Source: Octopus sinensis
Lineage: Eukaryota
DNA length: 22,396 nucleotides
Assembly: GCF_006345805.1 (NCBI RefSeq)
Contig: NW_021836934.1
Span: forward strand, 1 to 22,396
Direction: 5' to 3'
Shown here: piece by piece, positions 1 through 9,597 of the stretch
Layout: each line of letters starts with the position of its first letter
Position numbering within the stretch: position 1 is the first letter of the stretch
Made by a program: the position numbers and the translations under genes
The notes under the pieces: generated by a model
Told to the model about the DNA's origin: nothing
Seen by the model: only the letters and a program-made list of their open reading frames with translations
Databases searched by the model: none

Positions 1-249
1 TGGCGCAAACGCACGGCGGGCAGCTGAAGACCTGGGCAACGACGATAAAGAGAGGACTTCTCCGAACTCTCAGGTCCGCAGGTGGTCGGTCTGCACAGAT
101 GGAACCGCGAATGGCTCGCTATCTCCAGTGACCTCGCACGGGACCGTCGAGCGTGGGCCGCCACTATTCGTGATGCCGTCATAGGACCAGAGAAGAAGCC
201 GGCTCAATCCGCCCTGGGTGAACGCCGTCACAAGTACAAGTAAGAAGTA
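1..249 (+). mobile_element. 3' end of an RTE-clade LINE (ORF2 C-terminus plus tail), decayed, running off the window start
   Basis: Across three frameshifts (near 14, 48 and 182) it reads WRKRT/GGQLKTWATTI/REDFSELSGPQVVGLHRWNREWLAISSDLARDRRAWAATIRDAV/..EEAGSIRPG* (stop 219-221). The W..GG..KTW and A.DR..W motifs are typical of RTE ORF2 ends. It finishes in a short tandem tail CAAGTA-CAAGTA-AGAAGTA. GC is about 61% over 1-240. Confidence 0.85.
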
Positions 250-785
250 TATTATTAAGTTTGGTCATGACCTGGGCCAATTTTTGGCCGAAACATCTAT
301 CCATGCCTCTCTATAAATATTCAGCAAATTTCAATCACATTCATGATCCCCTCACTTCTTACTCTCTATTACTCTCTTATTTTCTTTTCAGCTATCGTTT
401 TGTCTTTTCCCACTCTTATTGTCTTTGTTTCGTTCCTTCTTTCTTTCTTTCTTGCTATCATAATTGTCACAATGAACGTGAAAACAAAACAAAACAAAAC
501 AGAACAAAATCCATACCAAGCAAAAATTCCTCTTATAAATTACTGAGATAATTCATTAGAAATTGATTGCAATATTTCTTTCTATCTTTTCTTCTTCTTT
601 CTTTCTTAATATTATTCTTTCGATAATTCTTTCTTGCGTTCTTTCCTCTACTTTGTTTTTAGCGTTTTTACCAATTGACTTTTATTGGGGTTTTTTTTTT
701 TTCTCTTCTCCTGTTGTATTATATGTTATTCAATATTCTCGACAAATCTCTTGAAACGAATCTCAACTTGAGATGAAAATCTATA

Positions 786-793
786 ATATATAG

Positions 794-839
<46 letters not shown>

Positions 840-1049
840 GTTTAAATATTTTTGTTGTGCAAGATTTATATATATATATATATATAAACACACACACAAA
901 GGAAAGAAAGAACGATTGAAAAATAACATCGAGCTTCGTGATGTCAGGACAAGCTTTGTTGATATTGCACTCACATTTTTGAATGAAATTTTATCTATCT
1001 ATCTATCTATCTAACATTCATTTCTCTACTTCTCTGTCTCTATATATAC

Positions 1050-1101
<52 letters not shown>

Positions 1102-1152
1102 ATAGATATGTATACACAACACACACACACATATATATGATGTAGGTATATG

Positions 1153-1219
<67 letters not shown>

Positions 1220-1263
1220 CATATATATATATATTATATCTTATATATATATATATATATATA

Positions 1264-1307
<44 letters not shown>

Positions 1308-1365
1308 TATATATAGTCATACAGGCATACATGCCTGTATACATATATGTGTGTGTATATGTGAG

Positions 1366-1400
<35 letters not shown>
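786..1400. repeat. (TA)n / (ATCT)n / (CATA)n microsatellite complex with a short unique interruption at ~900-990
   Basis: Directly visible simple repeats. Confidence 0.97.
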
Positions 1401-1402
<2 letters not shown>

Positions 1403-1534
1403 CACAAACAATACGTGTATACCTACCTATCTAATTCGGTCTCCCAATTCTCTCCGTTCTGTTTCTGTCTGTCTGTGTGTCTCTAGTAAATTTATTATTG
1501 TATTTTCCCAGTGGCAAGAGAAAACATTGCCTTA

Positions 1535-1540
1535 TTATTA

Positions 1541-1575
<35 letters not shown>

Positions 1576-1625
1576 CATATTCATTATTTATTATTAGTAG
1601 TAGTAGTAGTAGTAGTAGTAGCTTT
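1535..1625. repeat. (ATT)n followed by (AGT)n microsatellite
   Basis: Directly visible. Confidence 0.95.
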
Positions 1626-1733
1626 AGTAGCTGTTGTATCATTATTGTAATTACTATTTATGGTCTAAGAAGAGTTTTCTTAGCGCATCTCCTTATATAT
1701 AACACATACACACACAACAACTATATACACAGC

Positions 1734-1737
<4 letters not shown>

Positions 1738-1817
<80 letters not shown>

Positions 1818-2069
1818 ATACATATATACGACGGGCTTTCAGTTTCGTCTACCAAATCCACTCACAAGGCTTTAGTCGGCCGAGGCTATAGTAGAAGACA
1901 CTATATATATATATTAGTATATATAATATATATATATATATATATATTATATGTGTGTGTGTGTGTGTGTTGTGGGGTGTGTGTGTGTGTGGGTGTGTGT
2001 GTGTGTGTGTGTGTGTGTATAATGCATACATACATACATGTATATATATTACATACATATGAGTGTGTG
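1738..2069. repeat. (TA)n and (TG)n tracts flanking a SINE fragment
   Basis: Directly visible. Confidence 0.95.
1826..1901 (-). mobile_element. Internal fragment of SINE family A (tRNA-derived, CORE-like)
   Basis: The reverse complement GTGTCTTCTACTATAGCCTCGGCCGACTAAAGCCTTGTGAGTGGATTTGGTAGACGAAACTGAAAGCCCGTCGTAT aligns to the full copies at 7530 and 21288. Confidence 0.9.
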
Positions 2070-2440
2070 TATTAGGTTGGAAAGAAAGTCTTCTCGTATT
2101 TCAAGATGAGAAAGAAACAATTGATTCTTTGGCCTTGATATATTTAACCAAGATAACATACCGCTTCATTATTGATAAAATAATCTGATCTCTTTGGCAA
2201 AGTGTTGATCCCTCGGGTGTAAAATTCTTCAGGATTTGAAGGAAAGAATCATTGAATTCTATTTTTAACCTCTTCCCAATTGATAAACGGTGTTCCGTCT
2301 AAATAATATTGTAATGATTTGAAAAGCTGATAGTTTCATGGAACAAGGTCAGGAGAGTAAGGAGGATAAGGCAAAACTTCCATATTTACTGCCATAATCT
2401 TTTTCTGCGTGATTTGAACAATATGTGGCCTTACATTAAT
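2070..2440 (-). mobile_element. Mariner (Tc1/mariner) transposase C-terminal remnant with one terminal inverted repeat
   Basis: The minus strand reads INVRPHIVQITQKKIMAVNMEVLPYPPYSPDLVP*NYQLFKSLQYYLDGTPFINWEEVKNRIQ*FFPSNPEEFYTRGINTLPKR... (decayed HDNARPH and YSPDLAPSDY motifs, stop 2144-2146). TA at 2070-2071 is followed by the mariner-type terminus TTAGGTTGG. The second TIR was not found. Confidence 0.9.
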
Positions 2441-3444
2441 GTATAAGGAAGAATCATTAATGATATACCTTTTGTATGAGGTTTATTTCTTTATACTCAA
2501 ATGAGTTAATTACGTAGGATTTTGATGTGGAAAATTTAATGTGGGAATTTTAAGTATGTTTTACTAAATAAATGAGAACCGCTAATCAATAGTTGGGTAT
2601 GTTTGTTAATTAGGTCATAATTACAATTTAGTTGTTTAAACGTTTTCCCCAAGCACAAATTGCATCTTTTCCATCTTTACAATAAAGCTCTACCTATTAT
2701 GAACTACGAAAACAGGTATTTTATGTTCTCTTTGAAATCCCCAGGTGAACCTGGCAGAAGAGTTAAATTTTTCTTTTCTTTTGTATTTAAAAGAATGCAT
2801 ATGATTATGTATTCTAGACTTAAAATTTTGTTGCGGAAACTTCTGTGGTGCATTATACACCCGATACCCTTAGGTGTATTGGCCGAAGATTTTAGATTAT
2901 ATTCTTCCTTAAACATCGCTTATCTAAAGGCAGTGCCTATAGCAATTTTAGCTTTCATTCCACACACATACACCGGTGCACGTGCATCCCCTCACAACAA
3001 TGCACACATACACATACACGCACTGAAATACTCTATCACAAACACACATACACACGCACATATACAAACACACGCAATATGCATGCGTGCGCGCGAGCGC
3101 ACAGACAGACACACATACACAGATACGCACGCACCTTTGCTAAATTTGTTAAGCAACCAGATAAGCCCTGATTAAGCAAGTCCTTATTAAAAATTGTTGC
3201 ATTTGTCAACGTCTCATATTTTCTCCAAACGCGACGCACTCGAGAGCGGCATTTATATACTGTGTATTTCCTTTACAAAGGTAGTTGCATGTTACCTGAG
3301 GGAAATTTTAGCACTATTTCTAGCAGATTGAGTGATCTTGTAGAGGGTAACACAAAGGAAGAAGTTAAGTGCGACAAGACTGTGAGAGAAGTAAGAGATG
3401 GTGAGGAGGGCATCTTGGTGAAACTGTTGCAGCACTGTGGGAGG

Positions 3445-3761
3445 GGATGTAGAGAGAGATGAGAAGTGAGAGAAAGGGAGAAGGCAGTAAGGTAAGGAGG
3501 AGATAGGGAGGGAGAGGGAAAGAAAGGAGATTAGAGAGAAGGGAGGGACAGCGATGGATAGACAGAGAGAGAGAGAAAGAGAGATCAGGAGAGCGAGATG
3601 AAGGACAGAGCAAAAGAGGCGCAGAGAAAGGGAGACATATAAGGGACATAGAGAGTAATAGAAAGATAAAGAAGAACAGAATACAGAAGAAGAACAGAGA
3701 AAAGGAGGGGGATAAAAAGAAGAATGGAGAAAGAGAGAGACAGAGAAAGTGAATGACTGAG

Positions 3762-3810
<49 letters not shown>

Positions 3811-3970
3811 CAGTAACAGAGCGAGACACATACAAAGGGTGAATCACTGAGAGGAAAGAAAGAGAGAGGGGGACATACAAGGGTGATCTATTAAGAGACA
3901 CGAGAGAGAGAGAGAGGTAGTGAGAGAGAAGGATAGCGAGAACGATAGAGAGATAGACAGAGAGAGAGAG
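3445..3970. repeat. Polypurine (GA/GAGA/GATA)n low-complexity tract
   Basis: Directly visible; it is the source of the SLSL-type ORFs. Confidence 0.95.
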
Positions 3971-4159
3971 ATCAGTGTGACATTAGTGGTCGCACTAGAG
4001 GCGTCCGTCTCCATTCTTAAGAAACGCACGAACCTTCTACAAGAATTGGCAACCATGTCTACGGCCACAAACAAGGAAACGCACGATCATTTCTATACGA
4101 ATGAACCGAATGGTTCGTTCACAATGGATCGATCACACATTACTTTACCGAGTCCGATG

Positions 4160-4415
4160 TATATACATATAATGTATATACCTAAACACACACACAGGCA
4201 CATATATATATATACATATATACATACATACATTGCAAACACACAATATATATATACATACATACACGTGTGTGTGTGTATATAAATGTGTGTGTATATA
4301 TATATTTATATATATTTATATATAATTTATATCTTATATATATATATATGTCTATGTATATATATATATACATACATATATATATATGTATGTATGTGTA
4401 TATATATATCCATAC

Positions 4416-4459
<44 letters not shown>

Positions 4460-4460
4460 C

Positions 4461-4504
<44 letters not shown>

Positions 4505-4760
4505 TATACATATATATATATATATACAAACACACACACACATATATATATATATATACATACATATATATATATATCCCTTTTCACCAGAAGCCATGCA
4601 AACCATTATACAATAGCCATCAAATACACACGTATTTCATTTGCTCTTCTTCCTTCACCTTGTTGCTGTTGTTTCTTCTTCTTCTTCCTCCTCTTCCCTT
4701 CCTCTTCTTCTCCTCGTCCTTCTCCATCCTTTTCTCCTTCTTCTTGCTCCTCTTCCCACT
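4160..4760. repeat. (TA)/(CA)/(TG) microsatellite complex followed by a (CTT)n-like pyrimidine tract
   Basis: Directly visible. Confidence 0.95.
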
Positions 4761-5064
4761 ACAGATAATATATCGATCTCTCCCCCCCACCCCGTTAATT
4801 ATATAATACTGAAACGTAAAGCTAAATTTCATTGGACGTTTGGACCATCGAGCTTCTCCACATGCAAATCCAACAAACAAAACATGGCGCACTTTCTAAA
4901 CACTACACTCTCTCTCTCTTCTCCTCTCTCTTACATTCTGTCTCATTATCTCCCTCACTCTGTCTATCTGTCTGTCTGTCACTCTCTCTCCTTTATGTAC
5001 ACATCAATCTCTCCAATCTACTTATTCGAATTCTTATTTTCATTTTAGTTTCCTTCTCAGTGTG

Positions 5065-5173
5065 CCTGTACGTATGTATGTATGTAAGCATGTATGTATG
5101 TATGTATGTGTGTAAGCATGTATGTATGTATGTATGTATGTATGTATGTATGGTATGTATGTATGTATGTATG

Positions 5174-5204
<31 letters not shown>

Positions 5205-5225
5205 GCATGTATGTATGTATGTATG

Positions 5226-5255
<30 letters not shown>
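5065..5255. repeat. (ATGT)n tetranucleotide tract with recurring AAGC variant units
   Basis: Directly visible. Confidence 0.95.
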
Positions 5256-5257
<2 letters not shown>

Positions 5258-5264
5258 GCTTAAT

Positions 5265-5630
5265 TCCTAACACGCCAGCTGAATTCAATTCGTCTCCAGT
5301 CGAAATACACCTGTTGTGATACCCTGTTATTATTATTATTATTATTGTTTTTTTTGTATTATTTTTGTATTTATATTCGTGTAACATCGTCCGTTTCCCC
5401 GTCCTTGTTTCGTATACATTCGAAGCTTTTTTCCAAGGAATCTAATGCTCTTAGCTTAGTTTTTTCTTGGGGCTGGCCAGATTGGAGCAATCTCAAGAAT
5501 AATCAGCCGAAATTGCGAGGATGATCCGGTTCTTGACTGAAGATTAAAGGCTTCGAATGACCCGTCCGTGTTTTTTGTATCGTCTTCTGGATGTTTTGCG
5601 TTCTTGTCCCATTTTGTATTTATATATATA
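5265..5630. mobile_element. Probable dispersed repeat, unclassified (possibly the end of a Penelope-like element)
   Basis: Non-simple block between microsatellites (GGGGCTGGCCAGATTGGAGCAATCTC..GAATAATCAGCCGAAATTGCGAGGATGATCCGGTTCTTGACTG) that I recall as repetitive in octopus. There is no second copy in the window, so it is unverified. Confidence 0.35.
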
Positions 5631-5640
5631 TACACACATA

Positions 5641-6055
5641 TATACGACGGGCTTCTTTCAGTTTTCATCTACCAAATCCACTCAAAAGGCTTTGGTGGAC
5701 CCGAGGCTATAATAGAAGACATTAAGGCGGCGAACTGGCAGAAACGTTAGCATGCCGAGCGAAATGCGTAGCCGTATTTCGTCTGCTGTTACGTTCTGGG
5801 TTCAAATTCCGCCGAGGTCGACTTTGCCTTTCATCCTTTCGGGATCGATAAATTAAGTACCAGTTACGCACTGGGGTTGATGTAATCGACTTAATCCGTT
5901 TGTCTGTCCTTGATTGTCCCCTCTGTGTTTAGCCCCTTGTGGGTAGTGAAGAAATATATAGTAGAAGACACTTGCCCAAGGTGCTACACAGTGGGACTTA
6001 ACCCGGAACCATGTGGTCCGTAAGCAAGCTACTTACCACACAGTCACTCTTGCGC
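5641..6055 (-). mobile_element. SINE family A, 5' half, interrupted by a family B SINE
   Basis: 5641-5721 and 5957-6055 join into a continuous head plus CORE-like region matching 21288-21450, with tRNA A-box and B-box-like segments. Confidence 0.9.
5722..5956 (+). mobile_element. SINE family B (tRNA-derived, central domain resembling the Meta/MESC core) with a 14-bp TSD
   Basis: Head GGCGGCGAACTGGCAGAAACGTTAGC, B-box GGTTCAAATTCC and core GTCGACTTTGCCTTTCATCCTTTCGG..TCGATAAATTAAGTACCAG. Flanked by TATAATAGAAGACA (5708-5721) and TATAGTAGAAGACA (5957-5970). The domain name is from memory. Confidence 0.92.
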
Positions 6056-6108
6056 TTTGTAGACAAAAAATCTCGCAGTTGGCAATTTCTAAATTGCTTA
6101 CGTTCTTC

Positions 6109-6366
6109 ATGTATATATGTATATATATATATATATGTATGTGGTGTTTGTGTGTCTGTGTTGTCCCCCTAGCATTGCTTGAAACCGATTGCTGGTATGT
6201 TTACATCCCCGTCACTAGCGGTTCGGCAAAAGAGACCGATAGAATAAGTCTGCGCTTACAAAGAATAAGTCCCGGGGTCGATTTGCTCGACTAAAAGGTG
6301 GTGCTCCAGCATGGCCGCAGTCAAATGACTGAAACAAGTAAATGAGTAAAAGAGTAAAAAAGAGTA
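6109..6366 (+). mobile_element. SINE family A, 3' half only (from the internal microsatellite to the tail)
   Basis: Matches 21470-21700, including GGTGCTCCAGCATGGCCGCAGTCAAATGACTGAAACAAGTAAA and an (AAAAGAGT)-type tail. Confidence 0.92.
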
Positions 6367-6581
6367 TAGTAACAATGACTGCATGTCTTTTCATTTATAT
6401 GCTAGCATTTTATCAGTCATGAATGTCTGAACGGATTAAAAACTTTTTAATTGGTTTGAAGAGAATTATATACTGATAAGTACGCTCAAATATCTCCCCC
6501 CCCCCGCTGCACCCAGTATACATTAAAACATATAATTATATGTGACGAGCTTTCGCATAGTTTCCATCTTGGTTTCATATT

Positions 6582-6628
6582 AACAGACGAGGTGATCACG
6601 GTTGGAACGTCCTTGATCATACATCTCT
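6582..6628 (-). repeat. Short dispersed repeat fragment (second copy at 18874-18907, + strand)
   Basis: The reverse complement AGATGTATGATCAAGGACGTTCCAACCGTGATCAC resembles AGACCTGTGTCCAAAGACGTTCCAACCGCGACCAT at 18875; both share the core GACGTTCCAACCG. Confidence 0.5.
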
Positions 6629-6879
6629 TCAAAAACTACATCAGCAGCAGCAGCAGTAGCGAAACGGCTTGAAGCGAACCCATGTCTCCTGGTTATTGTT
6701 CGATACGTTACGGTCATTACAGACTTTATATTTTGCTTCTGGTGAAAAGAAAAGAGAAGCATGTTCTTTGAATCTGTTAAATGGCAACAGAAAAAACTTT
6801 CTCTTTCTGCCTTTATTTGACATTTTAAGTCTTTGGAACTGGTAACATTCTGCTTTTTAACTGGATTCTTTATCTGCGA

Positions 6880-6889
6880 ATGTGTGGTG

Positions 6890-6920
<31 letters not shown>

Positions 6921-7013
6921 ATGCGTTTGTACGTGTGTGCGTCTGTGTTGGTATGTCTTTCGGAGATATACGCATAGATGTAAATATATACTTGCACGCA
7001 TATATATACACAC

Positions 7014-7055
<42 letters not shown>

Positions 7056-7058
7056 CAT

Positions 7059-7091
<33 letters not shown>

Positions 7092-7273
7092 CATTTATAT
7101 ATACATATATATGTATATATGTATATATATATATACATATATATATATATGCATACACACACACACACATATATATATACACATACGTATATACATATGT
7201 ATATTTGTATATGTATATATATATATATATATATATACAACTACATATATGCATATTTGTATATGTATATATG

Positions 7274-7329
<56 letters not shown>

Positions 7330-7330
7330 T
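6880..7330. repeat. (TG)n/(TA)n/(CA)n microsatellite complex
   Basis: Directly visible. Confidence 0.97.
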
Positions 7331-7529
7331 AGATATGTGGAATGTAATTGTTAGTTGGGACAAAGAAGATCGCAACCAGAAGAGCGAATTCCATGTTGTA
7401 AAAGCTGAGTAAATAATGATGCTTTCTTTAACGATTTGAATGGGATAAAATGCGCCATCTTTTACACACCGTCCGTTGTGAAACAGACTGTATACTTACC
7501 TCGTTCAGTAGTTTAAATACTATTATATA

Positions 7530-7936
7530 GGCACAGGGGTGGCTGCGTGGTTAGAAGTTTGTTTCCCAGCCACATGGTTCCAAGTTCAGTCCCTTTGCGT
7601 GGCACCTCGAGCAAGTGTCTTCTACCATAGCCTCAGGCTGACCAAAGCCTTGTGAATGGACTTGGTAGACGGAAACTGAAAGAAGCCCGTCGTACATATG
7701 TATATATATATATGTATATATTTGTATGTTTGTGCCCGTGTTTGTTCCCCTAACCCCACCATTGGTTGAAAATCAATTTTGGTGCGTTTACGTCCCCGTA
7801 ACATAGCGGTTCGGCAAAAGAGACCGATAGAATAAGTACTAGGCTTACAAAGAATAAGTCCTGGGGTAGATTTGCTCGCCTAAAGGCGGTGCTCCAGCAT
7901 GGCCACAGTCAAATGACCGAAACAAGTAAAAAGAGA

Positions 7937-7939
<3 letters not shown>
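7530..7939 (+). mobile_element. SINE family A, full length (tRNA head, CORE-like domain, internal (TA)/(TG) microsatellite, LINE-like tail)
   Basis: Colinear with 21288-21700: A-box-like GGCTGCGTGGTTAGA, B-box-like AGTTCAGTCC, GCAAGTGTCTTCTAC.ATAGCC core and CAGCATGGCC.CAGTCAAATGAC tail. It probably belongs among the described octopus tRNA SINEs (OK/OR1/OR2), but I cannot verify which. Confidence 0.93.
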
Positions 7940-7980
<41 letters not shown>

Positions 7981-8021
7981 CCTCTGATGAGAACTCAATA
8001 AGGTTCGAAAATCGATTTAAA
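7981..8021 (+). ncRNA. Hammerhead-ribozyme-like motif (type I, minimal), stem I eroded
   Basis: CCT-CTGATGA-GAAC(TCAATAAG)GTTC-GAAA-ATCGAT-T: canonical core, 4-bp stem II and palindromic stem III. Homologous to 18403-18450 on the minus strand. Confidence 0.6.
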
Positions 8022-8059
8022 ATTTGCCGTTTATAATTATACCATATGTTACATATGTG

Positions 8060-8069
8060 TATATATCTA

Positions 8070-8155
<86 letters not shown>
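8060..8155. repeat. (TCTA)n tetranucleotide tract
   Basis: Directly visible. Confidence 0.97.
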
Positions 8156-8707
8156 CGCGGGTGAGTCAAAAAGTAATGCCATTTTGTTTAGGACAAGTAT
8201 AATTACCAACACAGGAACATGTATCAAACATGAAAATGAAGCTGTTCCTCTGTGGATCCCATACCTACTTCTCAACATTGTCACCGTTTCTCTCAATAGC
8301 AATATTCTACCTTCGAATGACAGCATGTATCCCTGTCCCGTAAAATTCTGTTGACTGTTCTTTGTGCTACTTCTTCATATCTCTACACTCACCAGATTTA
8401 GCGCCTTCAGACTATCATCTCTTTGGCGCCATGAAAGAAGGTTTGAGAGGCAAATGTTATTCCGGAGACGAGAAAGTGAAAACTGTAGTGAAGGAGTCGC
8501 TCAAAGAACAGTCAACAGAATTTTCCAGAGCTGGGATACATGCTGTCATTCGAAGGTAGAACATTACCATTGAGAGAAACATGATTATGTTGAGAAGTAG
8601 GGGTGTGATCCACAGGACCAGCTCCATTTTCATGTATGGTACATGTTCCTGTGTTGGTATTTATACCTGTCCTAAACAAAATGGCATTACTTTTTGACTC
8701 ACCCCCG
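8156..8707 (+). mobile_element. Non-autonomous mariner foldback element (552 bp, ~220-bp inverted arms, TA TSD)
   Basis: TA at 8154-8155 and 8708-8709; termini CGCGGGTGAGTCAAAAAGTAATGCC / GGCATTACTTTTTGACTCACCCCCG. Arm 8156-8377 is the reverse complement of 8489-8707. The centre and right arm read HSPDLAPSDYHLFGAMKEGLRGKCYSGDEKVKTVVKESLKEQSTEFSRAGIHAVIRR* (mariner third catalytic Asp motif). Confidence 0.95.
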
Positions 8708-8721
8708 TATATATATATATA

Positions 8722-9052
8722 TGTGGCTCAGTGGTTAGAGCGTCGAGCTTACGATCGTGAGGTTGTGAGGTCGAATCCCTGACCGGGCTGCATGTTGTGT
8801 TCTTGAGCAAGACACTTTATTTCACGTTGCTCCAGTTCACTCAGCTGTAGAAATGAGTTGCGACGTCACAGGTGCCAAGCTGTATCGGCCTCTTTGCCTT
8901 TCCCTTGGAAAACATCGGTGACGTGGAGAAGGGAGGCCGGTATGCATGGGCGACTGCTGGTCTTCCATAAAACAACCTTGGCCAGACTTGTGCCTCAGAT
9001 GGTAACTCTCTTGGTGCAAACCCATGGTCAGTGTCTGACCGAAGGGGGTCAG
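8722..9052 (+). mobile_element. SINE family C (tRNA-derived, CORE-like centre, distinct LINE-like tail)
   Basis: A-box TGGCTCAGTGGTTAGAGC, B-box-like GGTCGAATCC, CORE-like TTCTTGAGCAAGACACTTTATTTCAC..CTCCAGTTCACTCAGCTG, and tail GACTTGTGCCTC..CCCATGGTCA..GACCGAAGGGGGTC. Confidence 0.9.
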
Positions 9053-9053
9053 A

Positions 9054-9410
9054 ATATATATAAACAAAACTGTCCGACGAACGGGAACGTGAAACTCTGA
9101 GTAACAGTTTTTGTGATAATTTTGCTGCTTTTAATAAACCATATTACTCTACCACTGGTATTCGAGTACTATTTTTTCCACCTTGTTTCGGATTTATGTG
9201 CTTTAGTCTGGCATATATATATAATAGATATATGTGGGGGGGGAGTAGATTAAACAGCCGACAACTGATGAAGGGTTGATTTTTTTAAGTTGCTTGTTTT
9301 GTTTTCCAATTGTTTCTTTTCTTGTTCGCAAAAAAGTTCGTATTCCATGTTTTCGTATTTCGTATTTCATGTTGTTTACGTTCTATGACGTCCTGCACCG
9401 ATATATGCAT
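9054..9410 (+). mobile_element. Probable non-autonomous Penelope-like or retrozyme-like repeat carrying the hammerhead
   Basis: Non-simple AT-rich block bounded by TA/TG microsatellites that contains the hammerhead and a second CTGATGA at ~9264. Boundaries are approximate and repetitiveness is not shown within the window. Confidence 0.4.
9066..9111 (+). ncRNA. Type I hammerhead ribozyme fold, complete, with a U4C core variant
   Basis: Stem I AAAACTGT (9066-9073) pairs perfectly with ACAGTTTT (9104-9111). Core CCGACGA, stem II ACG-GGAA-CGT, GAAA, stem III ACT-CTG-AGT, cleavage triplet GUA (9101-9103). Confidence 0.78.
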
Positions 9411-9510
9411 GTGTATATACATATGTACGCATGTGTATATACATATATATGGATATACATATATGTATGTATACATGCATATATTTATTATTTATATTAT
9501 TATATATATG

Positions 9511-9546
<36 letters not shown>

Positions 9547-9547
9547 T

Positions 9548-9597
<50 letters not shown>

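Noticed and set aside
2735-2765. Collagen-like GEPGRR after a CCCCAG acceptor, and the CCAGG-TGAA-CCTGG hairpin
   Set aside because: No in-phase donor, only two Gly-X-Y triplets, and the stem is just 5 bp.
3978-4160. About 60 open codons in non-repetitive sequence (LVVALEASVSILKKRTNLLQELATM...)
   Set aside because: No recognisable family, purine-rich upstream sequence with no acceptor, and no donor.
5540-5570. CTGAAGA...TTCGAA as a hammerhead core
   Set aside because: No GAAA, stem III or stem I in the correct register.
6585-6690. Possible exon after TTTCATATTAACAG
   Set aside because: All three frames hit stops, and the first 45 bp are an antisense copy of a short repeat also found at 18874.
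7492-7520. Perfect GAG|GTAAGT donor on the minus strand at 7500/7499
   Set aside because: There is no matching acceptor or plausible exon before the SINE at 7530, and about one such match is expected by chance in a window this size.
8722-8790. tRNA genes at the SINE heads (also 10480, 7530, 21288, 5722)
   Set aside because: They have A- and B-boxes but no acceptor stem or full cloverleaf, and they continue into SINE bodies.
9258-9295. Second CTGATGA in the 9-kb element
   Set aside because: No stem II partner or GAAA follows; at most a deleted remnant.
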